DNA of 63,674 nt, counting the filler, from Octopus bimaculoides (lineage: Eukaryota): the NCBI RefSeq assembly GCF_001194135.2. It is 5 parts of 5 records of this genome, joined end to end, with 100 filler letters (N's around TTAATTAATTAA, not from the genome) between each part and the next. Parts side by side here need not be neighbours in the genome. Positions count along the whole stretch, not along the records: positions 36,900 to 44,217 come from NC_068986.1; positions 44,318 to 60,358 come from NC_069003.1; 3 more parts are not named here. One strand, 5' to 3'. This document shows positions 38,443-51,190 of the stretch, one piece after another. The translations under genes were made by a program, and so were the position numbers. The notes beneath the pieces were generated by a model. It had not been told where the DNA came from. It did not search any database and saw nothing but the letters and a program-made list of their open reading frames with translations. Every line of letters starts with the position of its first letter. Positions within the stretch are counted from its first letter, which is position 1.

Positions 38443-40060
38443 TGTGAGTACATACATACATACATGCGTGCACACATACATACATGCATGCAAACTTCCA
38501 ATCCACAGGCGTAATATATAAAGAGAGGGAAAGAAAACATTCGTGTTAAGTAGGTGCTTTCCCAAGCAGTGGCGTAGAGGAGCAAGAGGAGCGGTTCCTC
38601 CCCACGAGCACATTTTTCAAAACTGGCGCCTTTTCAACAATTTTCTAAACTCCTTAATTCACTTTAATCGCATGGCCTTGGAAGAACTTTCTGGAGTCAT
38701 TACTTTATTTCAAACTAATGAAATATTTTGCATAATATAAAAGAAATGAGTTTGAAATTGTTTGGTATGCGTCACACGCTCTACACAAACTGCCTCAACC
38801 AATTCCTCCTTGATAATTATGAGTCCAGCAACACAGTGACTGATAATTAGGTATGTTGAAAGAACTTAGTATGAGGATGTGCCGAACAACTTTGATAAAC
38901 AAAGCTATATTGTCTGAAGTAAGAAAAATACCCACAGAAATCTTGCAATAGCATGGCTTGATTAAAAAAAAATATTCGACCCTGTTCCCCACTCATGGCT
39001 GCTAAAGTCCCTACATCTGACAAAAATTACCTGTTACTTTAACTGTTGCTATTGAGAAGCTCACAAAGAGTGGGACAACAATCCTCACATTTAGAACGGA
39101 GAGCGGTAGGATTGTCTCTGATGCTATAAATATTTCAAAACGAATATTCGCGGAAATAGTCATTCTGCAATACTTGTTTATTTTGGCATTAAATCCATTA
39201 TCATTTCTGCTATAAAAATCCAATGGCCATATGCAAAAGTTTACAACTGTTAGAGATATCAATATTGCCTATAATTTCTTTGTAGATGACTCGAAAGTCT
39301 GTGCTAAAAATGTTTACAATGCCAAATAAAACGACAAAAACGACACAGCTGGACTTAATGACAATATTTTCAACCGACATAGAAATGGAATTTGGCCAAA
39401 AGTGTTCGTATTTGACTGTTGAAAATCAAAAATCAGTCCCTCACATCCAAAATTGTGCCTCAACGGTCTCTCTATCTCTCCTGTTCCACGCAAAGAAAGC
39501 TACAAATATTTAACCATTGATAAAAACATTATATATGAAGGTGCTGTGACCTGAGAATATTACAACAGACTTAGAAAAATATGGCAGTCGGAACTCTCCT
39601 CTTACAAAACAGAATCCCACAACGCCTTTGCAGTATATTGGTGCCGATACCAACATTTGCAATACTTGACTAGTATGTAGGAGAAATCCACGCTCTAGAG
39701 ATTCAAATCTGCTAAATCCTAACATCAACTGGAAACGTCCACAGAAACAGTGATATCAATAGGCTGTACCTTAATGGAGATTAGAGGAGTTTAAAAAATT
39801 GTTGAAAAGGCGCCAGTTTTGAAAAATGTGCTCGTGGGAGTAACCGCTCCTCTTGCTCCTCTATTAGCTACGCCACTGCTTGGGAAAGCGCCTCCTTAAC
39901 ACGAATGTTTTCTTTCCCTATCTCTATACATTACGACTGTGGATTGGAAATTTGCATGCATGTTTGTATGTATGTATGTATGTATGTATGTATGTATGTA
40001 TATGCATGTATGCATGTGTGCATGTATGTATGTATGTATGTATGTATGTATGTACTCACA
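38443..40060. repeat. Inverted repeat pair, 38443-38654 and 39785-40060
   Basis: Arms include CAGTGGCGTAG/CTACGCCACTG (hAT-like TIR motif) and flanking sequence; high visible identity. Confidence 0.85.
38780..39775 (+). mobile_element. Decayed R4/Dong-like non-LTR retrotransposon, RT domain
   Basis: Frameshifted 'GCAEQL.INKAILSEV..NLAIAWLD*KK.FDPVPHSWLLKSL..LFILALNPLSFLL..FFVDDSK..SYKYL..RLRKIWQSELS..HRNSDINRLYL'. Confidence 0.75.
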
Positions 40061-40289
40061 CACAGTGCAGCCTTTGAATGTGGTATAGTCTGTCTCAAAC
40101 CACACCAGTGGGGCTCCCTGCATTCAATCAAGAACAGTTTCTTTCTTGTGTTTTGGCTGGCATTGTATATTGTTTTAACAAGAACGTCGTGTTGCATAAG
40201 GAGGTAGTACTTGGTGACATTTTTGGGCAGCTGCTCATCACATATATATCTTCCATGGAAATGTGACATAATCTAAATTTTCGTAAACT

Positions 40290-40690
40290 TAGTGCTGAAA
40301 ACCGAAGAGAACAAAATCTTACGTGTTAGCAGTGAGCTCGTCAGGAAGCCCTCTCTTCCCACACAACCGCCAAAAAGCCTCAATGGAGGCCTGGATGTGA
40401 AACACTCAGGATAAACACTTCGAAAGCTATTTATTTGCAAGTCAAGAACAGGAGATTGTTACAAAATGCCTAATTAACATAAGAGACAGTGAAGCCCTTG
40501 GCGCCCCAAGATGCGACTGAAAATGTTGATTATGTCAGATTTCAGTAGAAGATATCTTACATGTGATCTGTAGCTGCCCAAAAATGTCATCAAGTACTAC
40601 CTCCTAACGCTGCATGACGTTGTCGCTAAAACAATATACAATGCCAGACGAAAAGCAAAAAAAGAGACTGTCCTTAACTAAATACAGGGA
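40290..40690 (+). mobile_element. R4/Dong-like element, CCHC zinc knuckle region; an inverted copy lies at 40125-40285
   Basis: 'HFESYLFASQEQEIVTKCLIN..KC*LCQISVEDILHVICSCPKMS', then a frameshifted HDVVAKTIYNA. Confidence 0.7.
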
Positions 40691-41421
40691 GCCACTCTAT
40701 TTTTGAATACATACACAAATATCAACACAAGGAATATTGTTGGAATATTCCAATCAAAATTTTTATTAAGTGTAAATATAACAGGCCGGACATCGTTCGT
40801 TGAGACAGACGACAAAATAAAATGTACAGGTCAACTAATCTCCTGATGTAAGTATTTCTCCGAAAATCAAAAAGAAAGAGGAAAACTACGGACAACTTCT
40901 TCAAAACTCTCAGATTATGGGATTCATATTTATGCTGTATTTAGAGTAATATTTATACCAATAATAATTGGTGCACTTGAATTTCTGAGTAAAGAGCTCG
41001 GTGACAATCAGGATAAGCTAGGGCGAAAAAGAAAGCAACCAGCTTATGTGCACATTACAAATACAATCTGTAAACGGAACCGTAAAAATATGTAAGAATG
41101 TCTCAAGTTCAGAATATGACATTGCATTTGTTACCTGCATTCCAATGATGGGGCATTTTATATACATACAATGTATATAAATATATATGTGTGTGTGTGT
41201 TTTATCTATTATCTTTTACATTTTTCATTCATTAGACTGCGGCCATGCTGGGTACCACCTTGAGTTTTTAGTCGAATGAATCGCTCCCAGTACTTATTTT
41301 TTAAGCCTGGTATTTATTCTATCGGTCTTTTTGCCGAACCGCTAAGTTACGGGGATGCAAACATACCAACACCGGTACTCAAGCGGTGGTGGGGGACAAA
41401 CACAAAGATACACACACACAA

Positions 41422-41457
<36 letters not shown>

Positions 41458-41497
41458 GCATATACACACACACACTCTCACACACACACTCTCACAT

Positions 41498-41549
<52 letters not shown>

Positions 41550-42054
41550 GTATATATATATATATATGTGCATCTATATATACATGTAGACGTAGGTGTG
41601 TACATATATGTATGTATATATGCATATGCTCACATATCATTTGTATTATTATATATATATATATACATACACACACAACGGGCTTCTTTCAGTTTCCGTT
41701 AACTAAATTCACTCACAAGGGTTTGGTCGGCCTGAGGATATTGTAGAAAACAGCTGCCCAAATTGCCACGCAGTGGGACTGAGCCCGGAACCATGTAGGT
41801 GAGAACCAAGCCTCCTACCACACACCCACGCTTGCGCCTACATATATAATACTAATACCAAGACGGTTATCTGTTGTCAGGAGTCGCTTAGCTTAATGGT
41901 ACAGACCGCTCAGCCGGGATTTGATAGGTAAAAGGCTCGATTCTCTGTAGCAACTTGCTGGTCACTTTCTTCCATCTTCTCAGAGTAATTACCCAAGCAT
42001 CTAAGCTGTCTTTACAGTTATTCTGCGTTCGAAATTTCCTCTATTTCTGTAAAA

Positions 42055-42138
<84 letters not shown>

Positions 42139-43610
42139 AAGAGAGAGAGGATAGGCTGTAAAAAAAATTCTCAGGTTTAACTATGAATTCACAGTAAACT
42201 ATAAGTGTCGCTATACGAACCCTCAATTGTTGGACAGTTTTTAAACAGTCCTGCTGTATATTCAGCGATGAGCTTAACAGAATATATCCCAACTTTTAAA
42301 TAAATATATCGAAATTGCATACAAACTTTCGGAAGGGAATTAGATTTATATGATGTGAAGAGAATTACGTATGTATTTTTGAAAATGTGAAAATTCATCT
42401 TCGCAAACAACAAAACACCTATCAGTCTGTTCTGCTGCAGAAAGCAACGACATGGAACGCACCCTACTGGCGGTCTTAGACCTCATAAAGCTTACTGAAA
42501 TATCTGCTGGCTTATGCTTTTTTTTTATTATTGTTGTTGTTTTATTATTTTGCGTGTTTGCTTTTGTAGATTTTTTTAAATCATTTTTGAAAGAGATCGA
42601 GATAGAGAGAGAGAGAGAAAGAGAGAGAGAGGGTGAAAGAAAGCAAAAGAAGAAAAGAAAAAGACAACAAAATGTGAGTTCCTATACATTTGTTCCTTAC
42701 TAAATCAACACTTCAAGAATCAGTAGAGAATATACTGTGGTTTAGAAATACAGAAACGNNNNNNNNNNNNNNNNNNNNNNNNNNNNNNNNNNNNNNNNNN
42801 NNNNNNNNNNNNNNNNNNNNNNNNNNNNNNNNNNNNNNNNNTATGTATGTATGTATGTATGTATGTATGTATGTATGTATGTATGTGTGTGTGTGTATAG
42901 GCTTGTACATACATTTGATTTTCTACTGTACTACAATGCTTCGGCCGAACTACAGCTCTCTCTCTCTCACACACGCACATGTATGTATGTATGTATTCCC
43001 ATACATATATGCATATAAATCTTTTGTTGCTATTTTTGCTGTTCTGATGGAAAAAAAGAAAGGAGAAAACTAAATTGAAAAAACAAAGAAACCGGACATC
43101 TAAAGGAAAAGCACACATCTAGACATAAAAATACATACGCATGCACACATACATTCATAATCAAATACAAGCACACAAGTAGAAACAAAATTTGGAAGGT
43201 GAATATGAAGGCAGACATGATATATGTCTGTAACGCCGTAAGAGAACAAAAATGAATGTAAAAAAATATAACTAAACCACAAACCTTGAAATTCATTCAG
43301 TCATCGACAAAGAGGCTATTTTCATCCAAAATTATATAAGACATGACGCAATAAGTTAGTTAACTAGCTAGACATAGAAAACACAGAAAACATTGAAGAA
43401 AACTCTTTTCTCACCAAGGGAAGTTGTCAAGTCAAAGACAACCAAACATTCCATAAACAACAACAACCAAGGGAGATTCTCGAATCAAAGACAACCAATT
43501 CCCAAAACAAAAAACAAAAAAAATACTTTATGAGTTTTGGGAGGAAAAACCTAAACAATCGAAAGCCTTTACTCTCTCCAATCATTCTAAGATATGGCTG
43601 AAACGGTTAG

Positions 43611-43669
<59 letters not shown>

Positions 43670-44020
43670 AAGTGGAGATTGGGCTGCATCGTTAATGCGT
43701 TGGACAAAATGTTTTTAGTATGTTTCAACTTCTCTGTACTCTGAATTCTGGGGTTTTTTGGGGTGGTAAAACTTAAGTCATTGTCTAGTTTAATGCTAAA
43801 ACCAGGTCCTTGAATACCTCTACTATTGAAAGGATTCAAGCCAGATCTTCAGAAAAAAGTTATCAAAGAATTAAAAGAATCCAAAGAGTGAATAACGATG
43901 TAATTTTAGCGAGAGTGTATAATACGTAAGAACGTGAAATAAGAGAGTGGGGGAGAGACAGGTAGATAGACAGGAACAGGAGCAGAGACAAAGAGAGAAA
44001 GAGAAAGAGAGAAAGAGAGA

Positions 44021-44061
<41 letters not shown>

Positions 44062-44557
44062 GGAGAGAGAGAGGAATATACTTGGGTGTGCATGTGTTAA
44101 GTTGGGCACCATTTAAATATATTTTATTTGAAAAATGAACTTATAGGAAACGTGGTAAACACTCAAGCATAAACACGCACACACGCACGCACACGCGCAC
44201 ACACACACACATACACGNNNNNNNNNNNNNNNNNNNNNNNNNNNNNNNNNNNNNNNNNNNNTTAATTAATTAANNNNNNNNNNNNNNNNNNNNNNNNNNN
44301 NNNNNNNNNNNNNNNNNAAGTTCACTATTACCTTTGTTCTTTTAGGGTGATTTTCTTTTTTCATATGTAAATCCATACATATATAGATATATTGACATAC
44401 AACAGGTAATAAACAGGTTAAGCATTTTAGGCAAAAAAAAATAAAATAAAATAAAATATGAAAAAGTATTACAATAATTTGAATAATTGCTCTTAAAGTG
44501 ACCAATGGAAACAGTTCACAATATCAGAATCTAAAACTGGCATTTTTTTTTATATGC

Positions 44558-44590
<33 letters not shown>

Positions 44591-45356
44591 TACATACATA
44601 TACAGGAAATTTGTGGTGAGTTCAAGTATTATGGCAGCTTGTTCACATAAAATCGGCAAATTTCCAAGTTTCATCAACAAAGAATGATTCAGTTCAATAT
44701 AAACATTTACCTCACTAAAAGTCAATTTTGTCATGACATCAACATGGGAAGTTTTACAAACTTGTCAATTTAATATGAATTGTCTGAGATTTCAAATCAG
44801 TAACACACAAACATCGATACTAAAAGACATGGAGGAGGAGGAGGTGGGGGAGCTGTTGAACAAAGGGGGAAATGGGGGGGAGTAAATAAGATAATGAACT
44901 TGATAATGCTACATGTAGATCCCAATATCTAAAACAACTTAAGTGATCATTATATAGGAATAATACCACAACCAGATACAAAACATTGGTGCAGAGTACT
45001 GCACAGGGAGGGGAAGTTATAACTTGTAGCAGTGTGTGTGTGTGTGCATGCGTGCGCATGTATGTTTATGAGAGTGTGTGTGTGTGTGTGTGAGTGTGCA
45101 GCTACAATAGAATTTGATTTAGGGCTCCATGTCTATTTACCATCATCTCTAGAATTAGACATTTGTTAAACACTGTATCAAGGTCATCAAACCAATCTAC
45201 CAGCCCGCATTTTTAACTAACTTATCCTTTTTATGACAATGAGGTGGGGGGGTGGGGGGAATTTTTTTATTTAAAAAAAAATAGAAAATGACAAAAAAAA
45301 AACAAAAATAAAACATCCATTGCCTAAATAGGTAAGCTGTGAAAAAAAAGGTCACC

Positions 45357-45600
45357 TCAAGGAAGAGGTCCATTCTGTGTCATGTTCATTTGAGGCATGT
45401 CCTGGGTGGTTTTCATGAAGAACTTCTCCAGTTTTGCCAAGATGTGTTTCCCATAAGTGTACTTGCGCAAAGTGGCAATGTGTGGACGGATCTTGTGCAT
45501 CAGACTCTTGCGTTGAGCAGGTTCTGCCACATCAATCATCTTCTGTACAACATAGTTAGCAAACTGGTCCTTCATCATTGTATACAAGGCACTGTGGGGA
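45357..45600 (-). CDS. pum: Pumilio, last exon (PUF repeat 8 and C-terminus)
   Basis: ttggctag|T; [41 protein letters not shown]...*. Confidence 0.97.
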
Positions 45601-45695
45601 CTAGCCAAAAAAAAAAAAAAAAACAACAAAAAAGTTATATTACAGCAGCACACACAAATACAATAAGTTACTAGATTGTTCCTTAACCCTTTAGC

Positions 45696-46097
45696 TGCCA
45701 GTGCCCCTGGACTGGCTCTTGTGCGGGTGGCACACAAAATACACCATTTTGAGCGTGGCCCTTGCCAGTACCGCCTGACTGGCCTTCGTAGGATTTTCGA
45801 GCGAGATCGTTGCCAGTGCCCCTGGACTGGCTCCTGTGCAGATGGCACGTAAAATACACCATTTTGAGTGTGGCCGTTGCCAGTACCGCCTGACTGGCCT
45901 TCGTGTGGGTGACACGTAAAAGCACCCACTACACTCTCTGAGTGGTCGGCGTTAGGAAGGGCATCCAGCCGTAGAAACTCTGCCAAATCAGATTGGACGC
46001 TGGTGTTGCCATCCAGTTTCACCAGTCCTCAGTCAAATCGTCCAACCCATGCTAGCATGGAAAGCGGACGTTAAACGATGATGATGATAATGATGAT
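45696..46097 (+). mobile_element. RTE 3'-UTR/tail repeat inserted into a piggyBac-like MITE (MITE start 45683-45695, remainder ~46098-46250)
   Basis: TTAACCCTTTAGC directly precedes the repeat; MITE body resumes after the (GAT)n tail. Confidence 0.65.
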
Positions 46098-46610
46098 ATC
46101 CAGCCCAAATAAGCTGCTATCTGTTTTATTTTAAAACTGGCCACGTCTGGCCTCTCACATCTACCCTACAATGTCATTTCTAAAATAAACAATCACTGAA
46201 ATCTCAAATCCACAAGGTGATGCATGACTAGTTCGTATCAATGTGAATTAATAAGGCTATGAAGGAGAAATATTCTGAGAAATATAATCTTAAATGGTAC
46301 TACTAGTTCTCTATTTCTACAAAAGAAAACCAATACTGGATCAATAATTAATTTTAATGAGAAATAACGTTCACTGATTTAAAGCATGCTGTACGTTTTC
46401 TTTTTGTATGCTTTTTACTGTAATTCTAAAAATAAACAGTCACACCAGTGAGATCTTGAAGCCACGAGATAATGCAATGATAAATTGAAAATTATGTGAA
46501 TAAATAAGCACTGCATTTGACCAAGTAATCTGAATGTTGAAGGGTTAAACATATGGGAGTATGACATGTTGGAGGACCTGAGCCAATAAAAATTTAAAAA
46601 ATAAACTTAC

Positions 46611-46694
46611 CCATCATTCATTGAGCAAACTTCCTCAATTAGAAATGCTCGTTCTTGTCTTGAGGAATGAGACACACATTTCTCCACCACATTG
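46611..46694 (-). CDS. pum: Pumilio exon (PUF repeat 7)
   Basis: tttccag|C ... GG|gtaagt; (S)[27 protein letters not shown](G), phase 2 to 2. Confidence 0.95.
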
Positions 46695-47533
46695 CTGGAA
46701 ATGAAAAATACAAATATGTCAGTTGGACAACTAATATTTTACCGTGAAGTTAATATCATAAGCATACACACATCACACACCTGTTGTACCTGGCTGTGGA
46801 TTTGGAGAGGCATAGCAATTGATGCCTTGTGGAGTTTGATGTGAGACCCAGCGTTGATTTTATCGTATTTTAATATCCAGTTTTTTTTTGGGGGGGGGGG
46901 GTCGATAAAATAAATACCGGTTGAGCACTGGGGTTGATGCAATCAACTTACCTCCATCCCCCGAAATTGCTGACCATGTGTCAAAATTTGAAGCAAATAT
47001 TTATAATCTTGATTTTGCTGTTTTTAATAGTTGACAATTGTGATCATAAAATAAACTCATGAGGCCTTCTATAGAAATTTCTAAATCAGCACAGGCATGG
47101 TTGTGTGTAAGTTTGCTTTCCAAACACATGGCTTGGGGTTCAGTCTCACTGTGTGGCACTTTGGGCCAATGCCTTCTATAACATTGGACAAACCAAAGCT
47201 TTGTGAGTGGGTTTGGTAGAAACCAAAACAAAAACGTATGTGTATGCTTTGTCCCCAACAATGCTTGCCAACTGGTGTTGGTTTGATTATATCTCTGTAA
47301 CTTAGCAGTGCAGCAAGTAGAAAGAAAAAAACAGAATAAATCTCCAAACAAAAGCAAAGTGTTGGGGAAGTGGGGGGGGGGATGTCAATTAAAAACTAAT
47401 ACTGGGGTTGATTTGTTCAACTAAACCCCTTCGGGGCAGTGCCCCAGCATGGCCACAGTCCAATGACTGAAACAAGTAGAAAGAAAGAATAAATAATAAA
47501 AATTTCTTAAGGGGTTGGCAAAAAAGGATTTAC

Positions 47534-47781
47534 CTGGCAAATTTGTGCTGGCTGAGATCAAGTACTTTTCCTCTGATTACTCCAACTATCTTACTTTTGT
47601 CTTCAGCTCGTCCATGTTCCAAAACATGCTGCACAACATAATTACCATACTGGTCTTGAACAAGTCTTTCAGTATGTTCATGGAGTTCCTCAAGAATGGG
47701 AGTTGTTTGTTCTGCAGTACAGTGTTCAAGAATGCGTTGGATCACTCTGCAACCATACGGGTGTGTAGACAAACTGAACAC
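47534..47781 (-). CDS. pum: Pumilio exon (PUF repeats 5-6, start of 7)
   Basis: cttttag|GTG ... AG|gtaaat; [41 protein letters not shown]. Confidence 0.97.
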
Positions 47782-47923
47782 CTAAAAGAGATGCAAGGCA
47801 AGGCATAGAATTAATTCCTGGCTCTGAAGAAATGCAATACTGAAATAATAACTACTAACATACTGGAGATTCTATTACGATATGTTTTTATAATTCCAGC
47901 TATTATATTTAACTCTTTAGCAT

Positions 47924-48670
47924 TTAACCCTTCAGTGTTTAAACCAGCTATATCCAGTCCAAATATTCTACTCATTTTATGCTCAAACTGGCCAGAACCA
48001 GTATCTCACATCTGCCCTGCAATGTCATTCTAAAAATAAACAAATACATCTTTCAAATCTTAAAACTACAAGATAATACCAGATTAATTTTTTTAAAATG
48101 TAAATGAATAAGGATTACTTTTGACATTAATTTGATCACTAAAGGGTTAAACTGGCCATATCCAGACAAAATATTCTACCTGTTTTAGCTTCAAATCAGC
48201 CAGATCTGGCCTCTTACACCTACCCTACAATGTCATTCTAAAAATAAACAATCATCAAATAGTACAAATAGTACATTCAAAACAATGTGAATAAATAAGC
48301 ATTACATTTGACAAAGTAATCTGAATGCTAAAGGGTTTTAATTGTTTTGATACCAACCTACCAGAGACTGCCCCTTGGCCACTGATAAAAACTTCCCTTT
48401 GATAGTAATCTAAAAAAAACTACCATCAAAATTTCATGTCGATGTTCCAAACATCAACTTAACTCTTTAGCATTTAGATTTCTCTGTCAAATGTAATGCT
48501 TATTTATTCATATTGTTTTAATTAATAATGCATTACCTTGTAGCTTTAAGATTTCGATGATTGTTTATATTTAGAATGACATTGTAGGGTATGAGTAAGA
48601 GGGCGGATCTGGTCAGTTTGAACATAAAACAAGTAGAATATTTGGGCTGGATTAAGTGCTAAAGGGTTAA
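47924..48670. mobile_element. Three piggyBac-like MITE copies: two direct (47924-48335), one inverted (48459-48670)
   Basis: Shared ~230-bp body; TTAACCC/TTAACTC..AAAGGGTTAA ends. Further copies about 46440-46550, 53257-53470, 54830-55425 (interrupted), 59541-59740. Confidence 0.7.
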
Positions 48671-48786
48671 TGGTTAAGTTATTTCACTGAAAATTTCATT
48701 ATTTTCAGAATTGATTGTAACAAAGGCAAGGCATTTCAACAGAAATATGGTAATGAAAAGGGTTTCGATAAAGAAAAGAAACTTAC

Positions 48787-48924
48787 ATGTCCTTTAAAAG
48801 CATCAATAATGAACTGAAGATGATTTGGTTCAACACACTCGATACATTTCTGTACAACATGGTTTCCATTCTGGTCTTTGACACACTTTAGTACATGTCC
48901 ATCTAATTCTTTTACAATTTCAAC
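48787..48924 (-). CDS. pum: Pumilio exon (PUF repeat 4)
   Basis: gtacag|GTT ... CAT|gtaagt; [46 protein letters not shown]. Confidence 0.97.
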
Positions 48925-50931
48925 CTGTACAAATTAGAAACATCAATAAAATAACCACATTAACAACCATCACAACTACATGAAGGTGAAAGACAATAAC
49001 ATTTTCTTATTTCTTTATTGCCCACAAGGGGCTAAATATAGAGGGGACAAACAAGGACAGACAAACGGATTAAGTCGATTACATTGACCCCAGTGCATAA
49101 CTGGTACTTAATTTATTGACCCCGAAAGGATGAAAGGCAAAAATCGATCTCGGCAGAATTTGAACTAAGAATATAACGGCAGACAAAATACCGCTAAGCA
49201 TTTTGCCTGGCGTGCTAACATTTTCTGCTTATAAACATTATGGACATTAGAGATATTAGATCTCTGGAACAGAACGCAATAAAGTGTTCTCGTGATAATC
49301 TATTGAATTTAAACATCTGAGTTCCAAATAATTATAATTAAGCATCTAATGTTGAGTTCCAAATAATTGCAATTAAGCATCTAATGCCGAGTTCCAAGTA
49401 ATTGAAATGAAATGTACTTTGTATGGTCTGTATATCGTAAATAGTAACACTGCTAAGTACAGTCGTCAACTAATCTCTATATTGGAAGCAGAACGGACAA
49501 TGATAATCTATATGGAGTTCTAATTCATACAAGAGTCGTCGTACATCTAACTGTACATGCAAGATATTATGGACATTAGGAAGCTGCCCAGGACTACAAA
49601 ACTAAATATTTTGACATGAACAAGGTCTTTTAAATTATATCAATATTTGTACATGAGACTAGCAGTAGACTTAAAATATGATCCCTTACTTAAAATAAAC
49701 CTCTGCCACTTCAGTGTTAAATGTATATAAAAAAAATTACAAAGCATATCTGCTAGTGTGACGGAACATAAGGGCCAAGTACATTTCAAACGGCATATAC
49801 CAGGCAAACCCAGAAAACATTGAATCAAAGTTTAGAGGATTTGTGAGGTGAGTACTGGGTACTGTTGTGGATTTAAATTTTATACAGGATAAAACAAAAA
49901 AGACAATTATACAAGTCAGCATGGCTTAGGGTATGATGTAGTATAGAAATTCTAGCACCCATACCATAAAGAAATATATTATTTTTTGACCAATTTTTCA
50001 GTTAAGTTAAAATTTATGGTGGATTTAGAAACTGTGGCAACAAACACGTGCTTCAGCAATTGTCAGCAGAAAAGAGATGTCATTGGATATAAAAGCAAAA
50101 GCAAAATTTAAAAAAAAAAAAGTGAAATAATCCAAAAACAGAAAGGAAATTTGTTTGTGACTGCATACAGAGATAAGAGGCAAATTCATTTTCTATCCAC
50201 TTGTACTCAACTATATGTAGACACCACTTGGGAGCCTAAATTACAAGTTACAGAAGTGGGTGTGCTGCAGATGAGCCAAACGATTGTTGAAACAAGTGGT
50301 GGTGGTGGTGGTGGTGACAGTGGTTTGGTATCTAGTAAATTTGAGTATTATGAATGTGTTTTTATTGCCTGACTAATCAAGAAGGACTCGAAGAATACAC
50401 AGGAGACAAAAGCAGTTCTCCAGCCCCTGGGTCCTGTCAAGCCATTCACCGCATGCCAGCATGGAATCATTATCGTTGAACATCCTCCCTCTTCTCCGCC
50501 CCATGCTGACATGGGTTAGATGGTTTAACAAAATCAAACAAGCCAGAGGGCTCCAATAGCTTCAATATTGTTAAATAATGCTTTGATAATATTTTTAAAT
50601 TTACTCATTTTTAATTACTTTATCTATCAAGTGAGAGACAATTTTTGGTGTAAATATTTCATTCATGTATATGATGAACATATTTCATTTTGCTATTCTT
50701 TTACTGGTTTCAGTCTGTGATTGCAACTAGGCTGGAGCACTGGTTTTAGGACATTCTTTCTAAACCTAGTGCTTGTTTTATCAGTCTCTTTTGCTGAACT
50801 GCTAAATGACAGGGATAAACACACCATCGTTTGCCAAGCAATGGCAGGGGGTCAAACACAGACACGCACACACATTATACACGACGAGCTCACAGCACAG
50901 CAACAAAATAGTAGAAAGGTGACGAACTAAC

Positions 50932-51190
50932 CTGCATGTCAGATGGAATAGACTCCAAAGCCTTTTGAATGACCCGACAGCCATACATCTGCAGTGCTAA
51001 AGAAAGAACATGGCCACGCACACGTTGAGCCAATGTTTGCTTCTGCTCAATAACACCAAATTCAAAGAACTTCTGAATAACGTAATTCCCAAACACATCT
51101 GTCATTAAACTATAAGCAGCAGAAAGGATCTCATTAAAGACCATGGCTTTCTCTTGTGGAGTTGCTCTCTCCAGCTTTTGTTGGATAAAT
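50932..51190 (-). CDS. pum: Pumilio exon (PUF repeats 1-3)
   Basis: ttccag|A ... CAG|gttagt; [36 protein letters not shown]. Confidence 0.97.

Noticed and set aside
37059-44138. Numerous ORFs made of HT/CV/YI/LS/RE repeats
   Set aside because: Translations of di- and tetranucleotide microsatellites.
49319-49400. 35-bp tandem repeat (about 2.3 copies) in a pumilio intron
   Set aside because: Ordinary local duplication with no spacers; not CRISPR-like.
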